64,000 nucleotides of DNA from Lepidodermella squamata (Eukaryota; Animalia; Gastrotricha), in NCBI GenBank assembly GCA_047495785.1, contig JBLDXI010000045.1, positions 861,869-925,868 on the forward strand. The letters run 5' to 3'. This document shows, piece after piece, positions 12,740-24,666 of this stretch. The notes beneath the pieces were generated by a model that was not told the origin of the DNA, did no database searches, and worked only from the letters and a program-made list of their open reading frames with translations. Each line of letters begins with the position of its first letter. The first letter of the stretch is position 1. A program made the position numbers and the translations under genes.

Positions 12740-13329
12740 CTAAAAATATGAAAAATTGAGTGAGCTCCATGCGAACCTTTTCGCGGCAGTTGAACGAATT
12801 CGCGAGGAAACTATAATTCTTGTTTATGAAACGTAACGCATTTATTCATAAACAACATTTACTCAAAGAAACTTGTAAAACTATAATTCATTTTGAATAC
12901 ATGAATACTAAATGAGGCATTCAAACGGGTAATTATGATTCTATTATCGAGCGCAAAAGGAATGTCCCCAAACGAATTTTGAAATTGCTGAAATCGATTT
13001 GAAAAATAAATCAGTAATTTCGTCGATTCCTAGCTAATCAGCTTGATGAGCTTAATATTCACATTTTCTCATTGATATCGGAGTTTAGGGTAAAATTAAA
13101 ATTGGGTTTAATAATAATTAAAATTGAGTGGAATGGGGCAAGTTGAAAACGCAAAATAAGAAAATTGCCTCGCCCGCCTCCTCCTAACCTATTAGGGCAT
13201 TTGGCTCTTTAGCCGCGACGGTCGGACCTTGGAACGGTCCGCAATGCATCGCTGCAATTGGAAAGTTACAGACTGACTGAGTTGGAAGGATCAGATGCGC
13301 ATTTTCATTATTTTCCAATTAATTTTCCT

Positions 13330-13706
13330 GGGTCCCCCACAGAGTAAAAGGCTTCAAAGCAGTATAAACCCAAAAAGCGGTGCAAACGCCACGCAACAAT
13401 AAATCGAATTAATTACGATAAAATTCTGCGTAATTTTCTGCATATGGGCTCATCATAACTTTAAGAGCCTGGCTTGTGAATTTTGGAAAATTTTCGGAAA
13501 ACGACTTTTTCGACCAAATTGAGGTCTGAGCTAGATTGCGGAGTTTTCATGACATACGTTCCTCAAGTTTTGGTGTGGAAAGCTAGAATAGCAGACCATC
13601 ATGTTATTCCATTGGTTGAAAATCAGAGGCTAAGCCTGAGCGCCTACTGGGAAGACTTTTTAGTGCGTTTACCCTGCTTTGAAGCCTTCTGCTTCGTAGG
13701 GGACCC
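13330..13706. mobile_element. Non-autonomous Mutator-like (MULE) MITE, 377 bp
   Basis: ~40-bp imperfect terminal inverted repeats (gggtcccccacagagtaaaaggcttcaaagcag / ctgctttgaagccttctgcttcgtaggggaccc) flanked by a perfect 9-bp direct repeat aattttcct (13321-13329 and 13707-13715). Confidence 0.85.
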
Positions 13707-14055
13707 AATTTTCCTAATTTACAAAATTTTGTGAAGTGTAAAAAATGTGTGTTTTACTATTAGGCCTTGAATGTCTAAGAGGAACCCGCAGTAATGCTCT
13801 TAAAGAAAGCAAAAGAATACCTGCAGTTGGCAGAAAAAATAACAAACTTAGTCATGCTCACAAGGTTCTTTATCCAGCGTATTCATTGATAAACAAAATA
13901 TGTTGATAACCTGGAGACATATTTTGAAATAAATCAATCCAATCAACGATTTCACTTCGATACAAGCCTCCTGGAAAATTAGGCGGCAGTTGCACTGGTG
14001 AGTTTACCTTTGATTAGACCTGTGAATGTCCAGGGGTGAGAAACAGGTGTTACAC

Positions 14056-14196
14056 GGATTAATGTAGAGACAAAACGCGCACAGGTCACGACGCGATCAG
14101 CAGTCCTTAATCCGCGCTAATCCGATGAGCGACCGCTTTTGCCGTCTTCGCGTCACATTGAGCCGGTAATGTGGCTTACCGATTTAATCCTAATCC
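14056..14196. promoter_or_regulatory. Cluster of K50-homeodomain (Otx/Pitx/Gsc-type) TAATCC sites; candidate enhancer
   Basis: GGATTA at 14056; TAATCC at 14108, 14118, 14185 and 14191; the variant GGCTTA at 14173. All lie in a CpG-rich intergenic patch. Confidence 0.4.
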
Positions 14197-14538
14197 ACCG
14201 CGTGATTGACAAAATCGAAGGTTACCAGCTGGAATTTTAACACCGATGTGAGAAAAGATCAAGGCAATAAAAATTTCTAGTCCGTTCTAATCGTCGATAG
14301 TTGGAAGCAGAAATTGTGCCCGTATATTAATCTCTAAAACAGGAAATTTTCCGGAAATTTGCCAATAAGCTTTCACATAGCATTTTCAGGACACCTGTTA
14401 AAATTTAAAACGCCTATAGAGAAAAAACGAAACGTATATTGGGTCAATATTTCATCAAAAACAACGAAAAAACTATCGACGGAAACCACTCAAAAAATTC
14501 CAAAATAGGTAATATCATCAATTACTAGAAGCGAACGA

Positions 14539-16296
14539 TCAAGTTTTGAGATATGGAGAAATATGCGCGAAAATGCTAGCCCGCCATTTCACGTCACTTT
14601 CGATGGCTTTACGGAACCGCGGCGATTGCTCACAAAAAACAGCCGCCAGTAGCAAGCACGCAAGTGATCCAGCCATCAACAACTGATAGCATATCGACGG
14701 CTCGCAGGTCATCGCCAATTTGGACAAAGTGCCCATGCCCAGCAACGTATTTAGTACTTCAGCGTATAACTTCTCCACCTCGACCATAGTCAGTTTAGAG
14801 CAGCGGCGTATTTCGCTAAAAGGTACAACAACAGGTTCGATTGACGTCAAAGCATGCAGAGCTAGAAATGAATCGATCAATTCATTCGGATCAGAAATTG
14901 CACAGCCAGAAATCCTGCGAACAATGGCGCAAGCGAAATTTTTCATTTGACTCGAAAATTTAGTCTTTAAATGCGATCGAATTTCAGTGCCGGAATTTCG
15001 TACGAGATCGGCTATGCAGTGGACGTTTATTTGAGAATAATTGCTCAAAATTAACTCGCTCAGGGCTTCGAATTCTCGAAATAAACAACGAGATAATAAA
15101 GAATTCTTCGTGGATAAAACAGCCATTGCAAGAAAATTCATGAAAAATTCAGCAGAATCTCGATCAGCCTCGATAGACCGGCCCGATTGAAATTGAGTAA
15201 ATCGTTGAAATAAAGAATCAGATTCGCCGAAAATGACCGCAATCATTATCAAAGCTTCAATTCGCCATTCAAATGTTGCTAAAGGTTCTCCAGCCGCAAG
15301 AAACAGGAAATGGATAAATGGGCGGCAAATATCGGCCGCGAATTCAGGTTCCATAGTCGCGATACGGATGAATCCTGATTTCGAAGTTAAACTGCGGCCA
15401 AATCGATGCAAATAGTCGAAATACCATGATTGCTGAGTTAGCAGCATTTTCAAGCCACCGATTTCGCGATCATCAAATTGTTCATCATTAGGAGGAAACC
15501 ATGTTAGAATCAATTTAATCAGTTGACTGAGAAAGCGCAGTTCTGAAACCGATGAAGTTACAACATCAGCGGTTTCCAGCAACTTCAACAACAGCCGATT
15601 TTGCGAAATCGAGTTAACCAAGTCGAATAAATTTTTCTTGGCAAATGAATAGACTTCAGTATTCAAATTCGATCTAGCACGAGACAAAATATTGCGGATA
15701 TGAACCAAGTAGAAGAGGTAGTAATCCCAATTCTTGGAGCCATCAATCGAAACCAACTTATCCAGAAATTCCCTTAAATTCGAATGATGAAAATATTTGA
15801 ACTTGGCGAATATTAAAGGATCGTTAGGGTAGAATTTGAAAGCCAAATTGAGGTACCCTTCGGCAGCGAGGCTCGCATTCCTCTGCGTATTCTCGCAAAG
15901 AGGCGTGCTCATTAGTATTGCGACGGCATCTTCGAAGCGACCAAGTTTGATAAGTAACTTGGAAACCGAAACAGAGATTTCTGAGTTGAATCCTCCTGAG
16001 ATTTCTGAAGCTTGATAAAACAATTCGAATGCGATTTCCAATCGATTGGTGTAAAAATCATCCAGCTTAACATTGTCTCCAGCTTCTAGAACGGAGGTCA
16101 TTTCTTTTCGAGCGATTTTAAGGAGTTCAGCCACTTTCCTGCTACGATCACTGATAGCCGCAGTGCCTCCAGCGGCGTGTATGCGGATATTCGTCAGGGA
16201 AATCTCGGGTTTCAAGATATTCAATAGCTTGGCGAAAAATCGGTGGAGGCTATCTGAATCTGTAGCGACGGTTTTTCCATACTCATCAAAAGTCAT
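14539..16296 (-). CDS. Family copy 4, divergent and internally shortened (585 aa)
   Basis: IRIHAAGG, DGSKNWDYYLF, ADVVTSSVSELRFL, QQSWY..YLHRFGRSL and the C-terminal FCEQSPRFRK align to copies 1 and 2. It lacks the PFDD motif and part of the middle. Confidence 0.85.
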   Translation of the reverse strand: MTFDEYGKTVATDSDSLHRFFAKLLNILKPEISLTNIRIHAAGGTAAISDRSRKVAELLKIARKEMTSVLEAGDNVKLDDFYTNRLEIAFELFYQASEISGGFNSEISVSVSKLLIKLGRFEDAVAILMSTPLCENTQRNASLAAEGYLNLAFKFYPNDPLIFAKFKYFHHSNLREFLDKLVSIDGSKNWDYYLFYLVHIRNILSRARSNLNTEVYSFAKKNLFDLVNSISQNRLLLKLLETADVVTSSVSELRFLSQLIKLILTWFPPNDEQFDDREIGGLKMLLTQQSWYFDYLHRFGRSLTSKSGFIRIATMEPEFAADICRPFIHFLFLAAGEPLATFEWRIEALIMIAVIFGESDSLFQRFTQFQSGRSIEADRDSAEFFMNFLAMAVLSTKNSLLSRCLFREFEALSELILSNYSQINVHCIADLVRNSGTEIRSHLKTKFSSQMKNFACAIVRRISGCAISDPNELIDSFLALHALTSIEPVVVPFSEIRRCSKLTMVEVEKLYAEVLNTLLGMGTLSKLAMTCEPSICYQLLMAGSLACLLLAAVFCEQSPRFRKAIESDVKWRASIFAHISPYLKT

Positions 16297-16716
16297 CCTA
16301 TCAAATGAATTGAAAAATCGTGAATTCGTGAAATACTAAAATTATAAAAATGTTTATTAAGGAGTATGCGGTAACTTTTCTTTTACGCCATTCTTAGCTT
16401 TATTATAAAGCAAGAAATTCAATCGAAAAGGGGCGATTCACAAACTAAGATAAAAATTCATGCTTCATTGTTCATTTTTTACTGCGTACAATTAATCTAT
16501 TGCAAAAAACGGTCGCGAAGCCATTGAAATCATGAACGATACCCGGTCACAAATTGTTAATCATTACTCATGTTTCAAGTGGCGACTTTTTGTGCATCGA
16601 ATCAGCATTCAAATTAAGTTTTTCCTTTAACCGATCAGTGGCCATACTGGAAGTTGTCGAAACATGAGGCGATGTATAGGCGTTAACATTTTCATAGAAA
16701 TACGGCTTTGCTATAG

Positions 16717-16802
16717 ACGATCACCGAGGCCTCTTAACGCTCTGAACACTGCGTTGGATCCAGGTACAGCATTTATATCCAAAAATTAATTCAAATCCCA
16801 GT
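16717..16802 (-). pseudogene. 5' relic of a family copy
   Basis: Minus strand reads GFELIFG-(+1 frameshift)-NAVPGSNAVFRALRGLGDR and then stops, matching MAFELIFGENAVPGSEDVYKTFIGLDNR. The ATG is lost. Confidence 0.75.
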
Positions 16803-17113
16803 CTAAGGTATAGAAAAAAAAACATTTACGATTTACGTTCATCTTGTGCTGTCATCAAATTGTAAAACAAGATCACAAGACATTACAAAAATGCAACTTC
16901 ATCTTTTCACTTATAACAAACACTACATCAAAATTAATCAATATTCCCAACACTCCTTTGTGGCAACAAAATTAAAACAAAAACGGGCAGTAAAGCTCAG
17001 TAAAGATTGTAGAAAAAACACGACGAACAACAATTCATGAGTTATCAATTTCTCATTTGAGGAATAAGAATATGAGTTCAACAATTTCAGAATTTATAAA
17101 AGTAAATGCATGA

Positions 17114-19348
17114 TTATATGAACGAAATCTCGAAACAACATCCGAGTTTCGGCAGTTCATCGAGGAGGCTAGGAAGAATGTCGCCAAACATAATTTTTCG
17201 CACAGCTTTACCGAAATTGCCGCAGATTTGACGTTGCCGCTCCGAAAGTTTGGCGCTGCTCGCTTTGATAATTTTTGTCAGAGCGATCGCGAATGCCATG
17301 GCAAACGTCTGATGAATTCCTTTGTCTGCGTCAAGTTGATTCGGTCGTTGCAATAGGTTGTTGATGATGCCGAAAAACTCATTGATCAGACGAGGCCTAG
17401 CTTCCAGAATAACTTCGATCGGCAACAGAGGGTTCGAACCAGAAATTAGTACCAAGAAACAAATTGTACCATTCAGTGGATCAAGGATGTTTTCGCACCA
17501 ATTCGGCCCGAAACTCGATAGGCGTAACAGCGATGTCGCAATTTTGACCAACGATGGGCGATATTTGGTCGCGATTCTAGCACGATGGATTGGATCTTTC
17601 AAGTTCCGCAAAACCGCAGCGAGGCCAACGTAGCCAGCGGTTCCTTGCTCGTAAAAACTGAAGTATAACCCGAGCAAAGGGTCGAATTTCGGGTCAGTGA
17701 GAAGTTTCGAGAAAATCGACTCGCCTTTCATCGCAGGCCAAGCCAAGAACCTTACAAGTTGAAGAACCACTAGTCTCAGTGGCGAGTTCGATTCGATAAG
17801 TTTTGTATTTTGCGAAATAACCGTCATGAAATTGGAACAGAATTCGCGGTCATTTGCAGGAATCGAAGCATGCTTCAACGCCTCGATATTTTTCGTGTAG
17901 AAAATATGCAAGCCTACCAGGGCAGTTGTCGCTATCTCGTCCAGCTTGAAAAATTTAAGGAGGACGCCGAGATACGAATAAACCGATGCCAATTTGAAGA
18001 ATGTATCGGACGGCTTGGATCCGGCGTTATATTGCCAAACCAACGCGTTGATCAACTGGAAGACATTGAAATTCACTTCCTCGGTCGTGACGCTGTTACC
18101 TGAGCAGCCTTCATGGAACTCTGCGACCGATGCTGAAGCCATGAGGCAAAATCGATCAATGACCTGAGCGATTTCTTGATCGGGAAGATTCAGAAAATTT
18201 CGGCGCATCGCTTCATTTGATCCCCACTCGGCGAAAGCTTTTTGAAGGATGAAGTGAGAGAAATTGGCCTTCGAACTTCCGAAGCCAACGTAGTGGAAAT
18301 CGTGATCAGCAGGCCCGCTGAAAATCATGAGCATCGCAATTTTCGAAAACCATGCCATGTCATCGAAAAGCGGCAACTTTCGGTTGACTCTACACCTGGA
18401 TCCAAAGCCCTTCCAGAGTGGTGATTCATTTTCACCGATAGCAAAATCTGGAAACGTGAAGTTGATCCAACTGCCGATGATTTCAAGGTAAGTTCCAGGA
18501 GGAGCTATAGACAGTTTTTTTAAAGCGCCAGGCTTAGCTAGGCTAGATCCGAAATTGATTAGGAATTTGCGAAACCATGGCTGCTTCTCTACCTTGCCGG
18601 CAAGGTCCTTGTCGAAATAATACATCAACATCCGCATGGTCGAAAATAAATGGCCAATGAATCTCAACTGCGATGGATTCATAGCGACGAAATCGGCATT
18701 CGAGATCAAGTCACAGAGAAATTTATTTTCAGCCAATTTTTCAATCAGCAAAAAACATTCCCGGGTATTTTCCGCAGTTATATCGGCTGAATAAATTCCA
18801 TGCGGGTCTGGAATAGTTCGAATCAGCCACGTCAGGTACATCAATCTGTCGTCCAGGTTGTCTTTCGGCGTTGTCGCCAAAATCATTTCAGCCGGTGAAC
18901 TCGATGATATGAAGGCATAAAATTCCTCGGATTTAATGTAGTTTTCGATTTCATACTCAATAACTTCCTTAGGTTCAACTTTCACTTGATTGGACGCGGC
19001 CATCACGAGAAAGGCGTTAGCACGTATGGAATTGCCGCTTCTGTGAAGAGCTTTGGCAGTTTGGCGTAACAATACAGAATCGAATCCTCCGAGCAAGTCA
19101 CCGATTTCGTATAGCAAACTGACGGCACTGCGCCAATTGTTAGATTCCTGAGCTTTGGCAACTTGTCTTTTCAGCTCGGCGATTTTCGCGTTTCTTTTGC
19201 TGACTTCGGCATCACCACCGGAAGCTTTAATACGAGCCTCTTCGCTTAATTTCAAGACGTCCCTGCGGCTATTCAATCCGTGGATAACTTTGCCAACCTC
19301 GGCTGACCCTGGGGTTACATTTTCACCGAAAATCAGGCGTAGTTCCAT
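17114..19348 (-). CDS. Family copy 5 (subfamily B), 744 aa
   Basis: MELRLIFGENVTPGS, KQPWFRKFLINFGSSL, LPLFDDMAW. Confidence 0.9.
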   Translation of the reverse strand: MELRLIFGENVTPGSAEVGKVIHGLNSRRDVLKLSEEARIKASGGDAEVSKRNAKIAELKRQVAKAQESNNWRSAVSLLYEIGDLLGGFDSVLLRQTAKALHRSGNSIRANAFLVMAASNQVKVEPKEVIEYEIENYIKSEEFYAFISSSSPAEMILATTPKDNLDDRLMYLTWLIRTIPDPHGIYSADITAENTRECFLLIEKLAENKFLCDLISNADFVAMNPSQLRFIGHLFSTMRMLMYYFDKDLAGKVEKQPWFRKFLINFGSSLAKPGALKKLSIAPPGTYLEIIGSWINFTFPDFAIGENESPLWKGFGSRCRVNRKLPLFDDMAWFSKIAMLMIFSGPADHDFHYVGFGSSKANFSHFILQKAFAEWGSNEAMRRNFLNLPDQEIAQVIDRFCLMASASVAEFHEGCSGNSVTTEEVNFNVFQLINALVWQYNAGSKPSDTFFKLASVYSYLGVLLKFFKLDEIATTALVGLHIFYTKNIEALKHASIPANDREFCSNFMTVISQNTKLIESNSPLRLVVLQLVRFLAWPAMKGESIFSKLLTDPKFDPLLGLYFSFYEQGTAGYVGLAAVLRNLKDPIHRARIATKYRPSLVKIATSLLRLSSFGPNWCENILDPLNGTICFLVLISGSNPLLPIEVILEARPRLINEFFGIINNLLQRPNQLDADKGIHQTFAMAFAIALTKIIKASSAKLSERQRQICGNFGKAVRKIMFGDILPSLLDELPKLGCCFEISFI

Positions 19349-19965
19349 TATTAAAATTTTCTGAAATGGAAATAGGAGTCATTAAGAGCGATGGAGAGAG
19401 GCTTCGCACCAAATCGAAGCCAAATCGCGCCAAAAGCAAACAATAGGGTGAAGGCTATATTGGCAATCTTTTCTCAAGCTTCTTTAGGAGGCCTTAATAC
19501 GATGAGTGGAAGAAAAGCTCCGACTAGATGGCTATACTATAAGTAGAAGTTCAATGGCTGGGAATAGTGATCTATTAATATTTCAAAATTTGGGAAAAGC
19601 CAAGCTAAAAACGAGAGCCAATTTGAAAATGCTGATTATAATTTCAAAAAAATTATAATTTTCAAGGTTTAAGGTGTAAGGTTTAACATTTTTAAAGATG
19701 GAAACATTCAGCATGTGACGCATCTAGCAGGTGCGATCTCGGCAAATTTCCTGTAACAGCAGGGCACTAGCGTGTGTTATCAAATGCTTTAATCCTATCG
19801 TTCGTAATCTTCGAAAGTAAAGTCTATACCTATAAAGAAAAACCAAGTAAAAGCCATTGAAAAATAAATCATATTTGACAAGTGAAAACGATTATCTTTT
19901 ATTCATATAAAATTTCAAAATGGAGCATCAAGATTATTGTTATGATTAATTCATCGGAATGAAAT

Positions 19966-22008
19966 TTAGACGCCGGGAAAAATGATATCATCGAAATGAA
20001 ACAGATCAAGGCTTTCGAACTGGGAAAATTCAGCTTCAAATTCCATATCCTCTAGATTTAGATATCGCATGAGGCTCACAGGTAGGGGCAGGCTTTTGAT
20101 AACATTTTGTCGGTTAGTGAGCCCACGAGGTAACTCGCGCAAGATGGTTTGTCGAGCAAGAAACTGCAGAGAAAACGGATAGGCGGACGAGAAGATTACA
20201 GGCAGATGAGCCGGCAGATCAACACCCATGTCACGCAGCCAATAATTCAAGTCTTCCAATGAAAACTTTTCGACGATCGTCGCCTTTTCGAATTTTTCAA
20301 GGTTGCACAACGAGAGGGCGAAGCAGAAAAATGCATGGCTCAGCGACGCATTTTGTATGATATCGGATTTTAGAATGAAAGAAATTAGCCGAAGCATTTC
20401 AGCATTTTTGAATGGCATCAACCCTTCCTGGAGATACCCAGCACGAGCCAGCGGTAGAAAACAGAACTTTAAGAAAGAAGGGGCCATTAATTCAATGTCC
20501 GCATGCTCAATTGGGAAGGAAAATATGTGGCAGGCCAATTTTGCGAATGAGGCATCTTGGCCGCGTTTGCGCGCATTTTCGACAATACGTTCAAAAACAT
20601 GGTGGAAATTCGGAGTGTGGTGAGCGATCTGCATAAGGTAACGAAGGAGCTCAACGCAATCCAAGTCTTCGATAGATGCGAGAAAAGTATCCAACAGCAT
20701 ATCGACAACTTGTATTAGGTTTGTTGGATCGCTTTCAGTCTTGAATTTTCGAAACCAGCTGTAGCACAATTCTATTAATTAATCAAAAAGAACAGTGTTT
20801 ATTTAGAAATTAAATTAAATTAAATTAAAAAATAATCAGTCTAGAAAATCGTAAAATGTCCAGATATATAATGAAAGGCCCATTTTCCATTGTTTTGGCA
20901 TATATTTTAGGCGGTTTTTCACGCTCTACACGATGGCAGTAGGCGTTGAATGGTCGAAATATTAGGTGTCAAAATCTCCGCATAGCGATTTTTCTCCGCA
21001 AGACAACAGTCCTATGGCCTTGTAACACCAAGGTTCAACTATGGTAAACAGCCCAGCAGAAAAACGTGTCCGGGAGTGGAGATCCAGCTACTTGCCAATG
21101 TTTTGCTATGATTTGGCGGTGATTCACGTGTTGAATTTTACAGGTGAGCGAGTGCGTCGGATGTGAAATTCGCAAGAGTAAAATCACCTCAGTATCGAGC
21201 TCTATCTGAAAAAATATTTCAAGGTGATCTGAAAACATGGGTTGGGTCGTCGGTTGAATTGACATGGAATTACCCTATTGAATTTCTTGAAATTAAGGTA
21301 GCTTTTAAAATTCTTCGTACATTGTGCCGATTGAAAGACATACTTAGATGAGCGAAATAGCTTATTATTCAAAGTCGTTACGGTAGTTAAAAAATTACGT
21401 TCGCAATAATGATTTCCGAAGCTGAAATAACTATAGTTGACGCTTCCCGATATCAGCTTCAGGTCACTTCGCCACATTTTAGCCAATTCTCCACAAATCA
21501 GCACGCTGTCTTCGGGAATGCTATTCGTCGTGCGGCTGTGCCAGTATAAAGCTTCAAAGTAAGCCGTGACAAGTGACGGTAAAACATGAGCTGGAATTTC
21601 TCTTTTCTCATTTACGATTTGCCGGAATTTCTCGTAATCGCCACAACTTATCGCCAGTGATAGACCGATAAAGTCGCAGGGTGAAAACTCTGTTTTCAAC
21701 TTGAAACGTGACGGCCCAGCTTTCCCAGCTTTCACGCGATTCAGCTCGATACAACAGTCAATGAGCGGTGGTGATAGCCAAGTGAAGAAATTTTCAATAG
21801 CAGAATCTCTAACATAGATTGAACCGTGGGATATGTCCAAGCCCAAGCTAACTGACCCGAAATCGGGAAGAGGCTGTACTGAGACCTGGTCAGCCAGCTG
21901 GGGGAATTTCTCCTTCAACATGTAAACCAGCAATCGCAAAGCATCATCCAACGATGGACCGGCATTAAACTTATCGCTAGCGAACAAATTATAACGGACT
22001 TCAGTCAT
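19966..22008 (-). CDS. SOCS-box protein A; exons 22008-21399 and 20771-19966 (627-nt phase-1 intron)
   Basis: C-terminal FSLQFLARQTILRELP...IKSLPLPVSLMRYL is a BC box plus LPxP Cul5 box. Paralog of 39144-40569, with an intron at the same codon. Confidence 0.85.
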
Positions 22009-22398
22009 TCTTTATCACTTCAATTTCGCTATAAATCCCTAAAAGAATAAATGAGAGACACCAAAATTTGACCGATCTGCCGCTAGAGCTTGGATTGAAA
22101 TAATGAGCAACATAGAAATTCAGATATTTCGGACCTCGACAGTCATCCACATAAAAAGCCAAGGTGCAGTCTTTTTCTCGATTTAAAAGCCATCTAAAAA
22201 ATTAAAAAGGGTAAATGGTTACCATTATTCTTCTCACAGCGATAAAAAGAACGCATGTATTAAGTTCAAAGATATGACAAAGTAATAGCAATGCATCGAT
22301 AATTTGGCAAACGACCATTCGTTTTCCGTTGTAATTTAAAAATCGAACAAGATCACGTAATGAAATGTTTAAAAAAAAACAAGCATTTAGTTTTTCAG

Positions 22399-24666
22399 CT
22401 AGAACAAGATTTTGAAACAAGAGTTTTTCTTTCGTATCTCATTGGTGAGACTGGCAGGTATGTTGTCAAACGAAATTTGTCGCAAAGCTTGAGCAAGAAG
22501 ACCACAGATTTGACGTTGCCGCTCCGAAAGTTTGGCACTGCTTGATTTGATAATTTTCGTCAGTGCAATAGCGATTGCCATTGCGAACGTCTGATTCATC
22601 CATTTTCCCTCATCAAGCTGATTTGGACGTTGCAACAGGTTGTTGATGATGCCGAAAAGTTCATTGATGAGACGCGGCCTAGCTTCCAGTAAAACCTCAA
22701 CAGGCAACAAAGGTTCCGGGCCAGAAATTAGCAGTGTTAAACAAATCGAAGCATTGATTGGATCAAGCGTGTTCTCATACCACTTCGGCGCAAAACTCGA
22801 CAATTTTAGAATTGACGAGGCTACTTTCAGCAACGAAGCGCGATATTTAGCCGCAATTCTCGCGCGAGGGACTGGATCTTTCAAATTACGAAGAACAACA
22901 GCGAGGCATACATAACCGCTAAGCACGGTGCCTTGTTCGTAAAAACTGAGATATAACCCGAGCAAAGGGTCAAATTTCGGGTCAGTGAGAAGTTGCGAGA
23001 AAATCGTCTCGCCCTTCATAGCAGGCCAAGCCAGGAACCTTACCAGGTGAATGACCAGTTGTCTCAAAGCTGGGTCGGTTTCGATGATTTCAGTATTCAA
23101 CGCGATCGCCGTCATGAAACTTGAGCAGAATTCGCGGTTATTCGCAGGAATCGAAGCGTACTTCTGCGCATCGGCACTTTCCGTGAAATTATGCAATCCT
23201 ACCAGGGCAGCCGTCCCTATCGTTGATCCGTGATTTTCTCGCTTCTCCAGCTTGAAAAATTTGAGGATGACACCGATAAACGAATATAATGAGGTTAATT
23301 TAAGCAACGAATCGGGTGGCTTGGAACAACAACTTGTGGGGACTTGCCACATTATCGCATTGATCAAACGGAAGGTCCAGTAGGTCACTTCACAGCCAGT
23401 GACGCTGTTTTGTCTGCTACCGTCCCAGCCATGGAATTCTGCGGCCGAGACTGAAGCGACGAGGCAGAAACGATCAATTGTCTGGGCGATTTCTTGACCG
23501 GGCAGGCTCAGAAAGTTACGTCTCATAAGTCCATTTGATTCCCATTCAACATTAGCCTTGTTGATGATGAAATAGGAAATATTTGCATGTGAGCCGCCGT
23601 AACCATAGTAGGAGAAAACGTGATCAGCTGGTCCGCTAAAAATCATAAGCATCGCTATTTTCGAGAACCAATTCAAATCGTCGAAAAACGGCAATTTCCG
23701 ATTGACTTGATAGCTGGATCCAACATCCTTCCAGAGTGGCGATTCATTGTCCCCGGCAGCCACATCTGGAAACGTGAAGTTGATCCAACTGCCGATGATT
23801 TCAAGGTAAGTTCCAGGAAGGGCTGTAGAAAACTTCTTCAAAGCGCCTGGGGTAGCGAGGCTAGATCCAAAATTTATCATGAATTTACGAAACCACGGCT
23901 GCTTCTCTACCTTGCCGGCAAGATTTTTGTCGAAAAAACACATCATAACCCGCATGGTCGAAAACAAATGACCAATGAATCTCAGTTGCGATGGATTCAA
24001 AGCGACGAAATCAGCATTTGAGATCAAATCGCAGAGAAATTTATTTTCAGCCAATTTTTCAATCAGCAGAAAGCATTGCTTAGTGAAATGTGGAGTTACC
24101 ATCGGAAGCCTATTCCCAAATGGATTGATGACATTTCTAAGCAGCCACGTGAGATAGATCAACTTTTCATCCAGGTTGTCCTTCGGAGTTATCGACAAAA
24201 TAACACTCGCAGGTGAAAGACAATACATGACAGCATCAATTTCCCTCGAATCGATGAATTTTTCCATTTCGTTTTCAATCGCAACTTTTTGTTCGACTTC
24301 CCAGTGACGGATTTTGGCCATCGTGAAGAAAGCATAGGCCCGTTTTGAGTCTCCACTTTTGTACAGCGCTTTGGCAGTGCGGCAATACAATTCTGAATCG
24401 AATCCTCCCAACAAATCCGAGATTTCGTACAAACAATTGACGACATCTCGCCAATTTTTAGATTCCTGGGCTTTCGCAGCTTTTTCTTCCAGCTCGGCAA
24501 TTTTCTCGTTTCTTTTGCTGACTTCATCATCACCGCCAGCAGCTCTACGACGGGCTTCATTACTCAAGTTCAGGACGTCGCTGCGATTATTCAATCCATG
24601 GAAAAAGTTGCCCACCTCGGCTGACCCTGGGGTTACAGTTTTGCCAAAAATAAGCTGTAAATCCAT
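22399..24666 (-). CDS. Family copy 6 (subfamily B), ~755 aa
   Basis: MDLQLIFGKTVTPGS at 24666; collinear with copies 5 and 9. Confidence 0.9.
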   Translation of the reverse strand: MDLQLIFGKTVTPGSAEVGNFFHGLNNRSDVLNLSNEARRRAAGGDDEVSKRNEKIAELEEKAAKAQESKNWRDVVNCLYEISDLLGGFDSELYCRTAKALYKSGDSKRAYAFFTMAKIRHWEVEQKVAIENEMEKFIDSREIDAVMYCLSPASVILSITPKDNLDEKLIYLTWLLRNVINPFGNRLPMVTPHFTKQCFLLIEKLAENKFLCDLISNADFVALNPSQLRFIGHLFSTMRVMMCFFDKNLAGKVEKQPWFRKFMINFGSSLATPGALKKFSTALPGTYLEIIGSWINFTFPDVAAGDNESPLWKDVGSSYQVNRKLPFFDDLNWFSKIAMLMIFSGPADHVFSYYGYGGSHANISYFIINKANVEWESNGLMRRNFLSLPGQEIAQTIDRFCLVASVSAAEFHGWDGSRQNSVTGCEVTYWTFRLINAIMWQVPTSCCSKPPDSLLKLTSLYSFIGVILKFFKLEKRENHGSTIGTAALVGLHNFTESADAQKYASIPANNREFCSSFMTAIALNTEIIETDPALRQLVIHLVRFLAWPAMKGETIFSQLLTDPKFDPLLGLYLSFYEQGTVLSGYVCLAVVLRNLKDPVPRARIAAKYRASLLKVASSILKLSSFAPKWYENTLDPINASICLTLLISGPEPLLPVEVLLEARPRLINELFGIINNLLQRPNQLDEGKWMNQTFAMAIAIALTKIIKSSSAKLSERQRQICGLLAQALRQISFDNIPASLTNEIRKKNSCFKILF

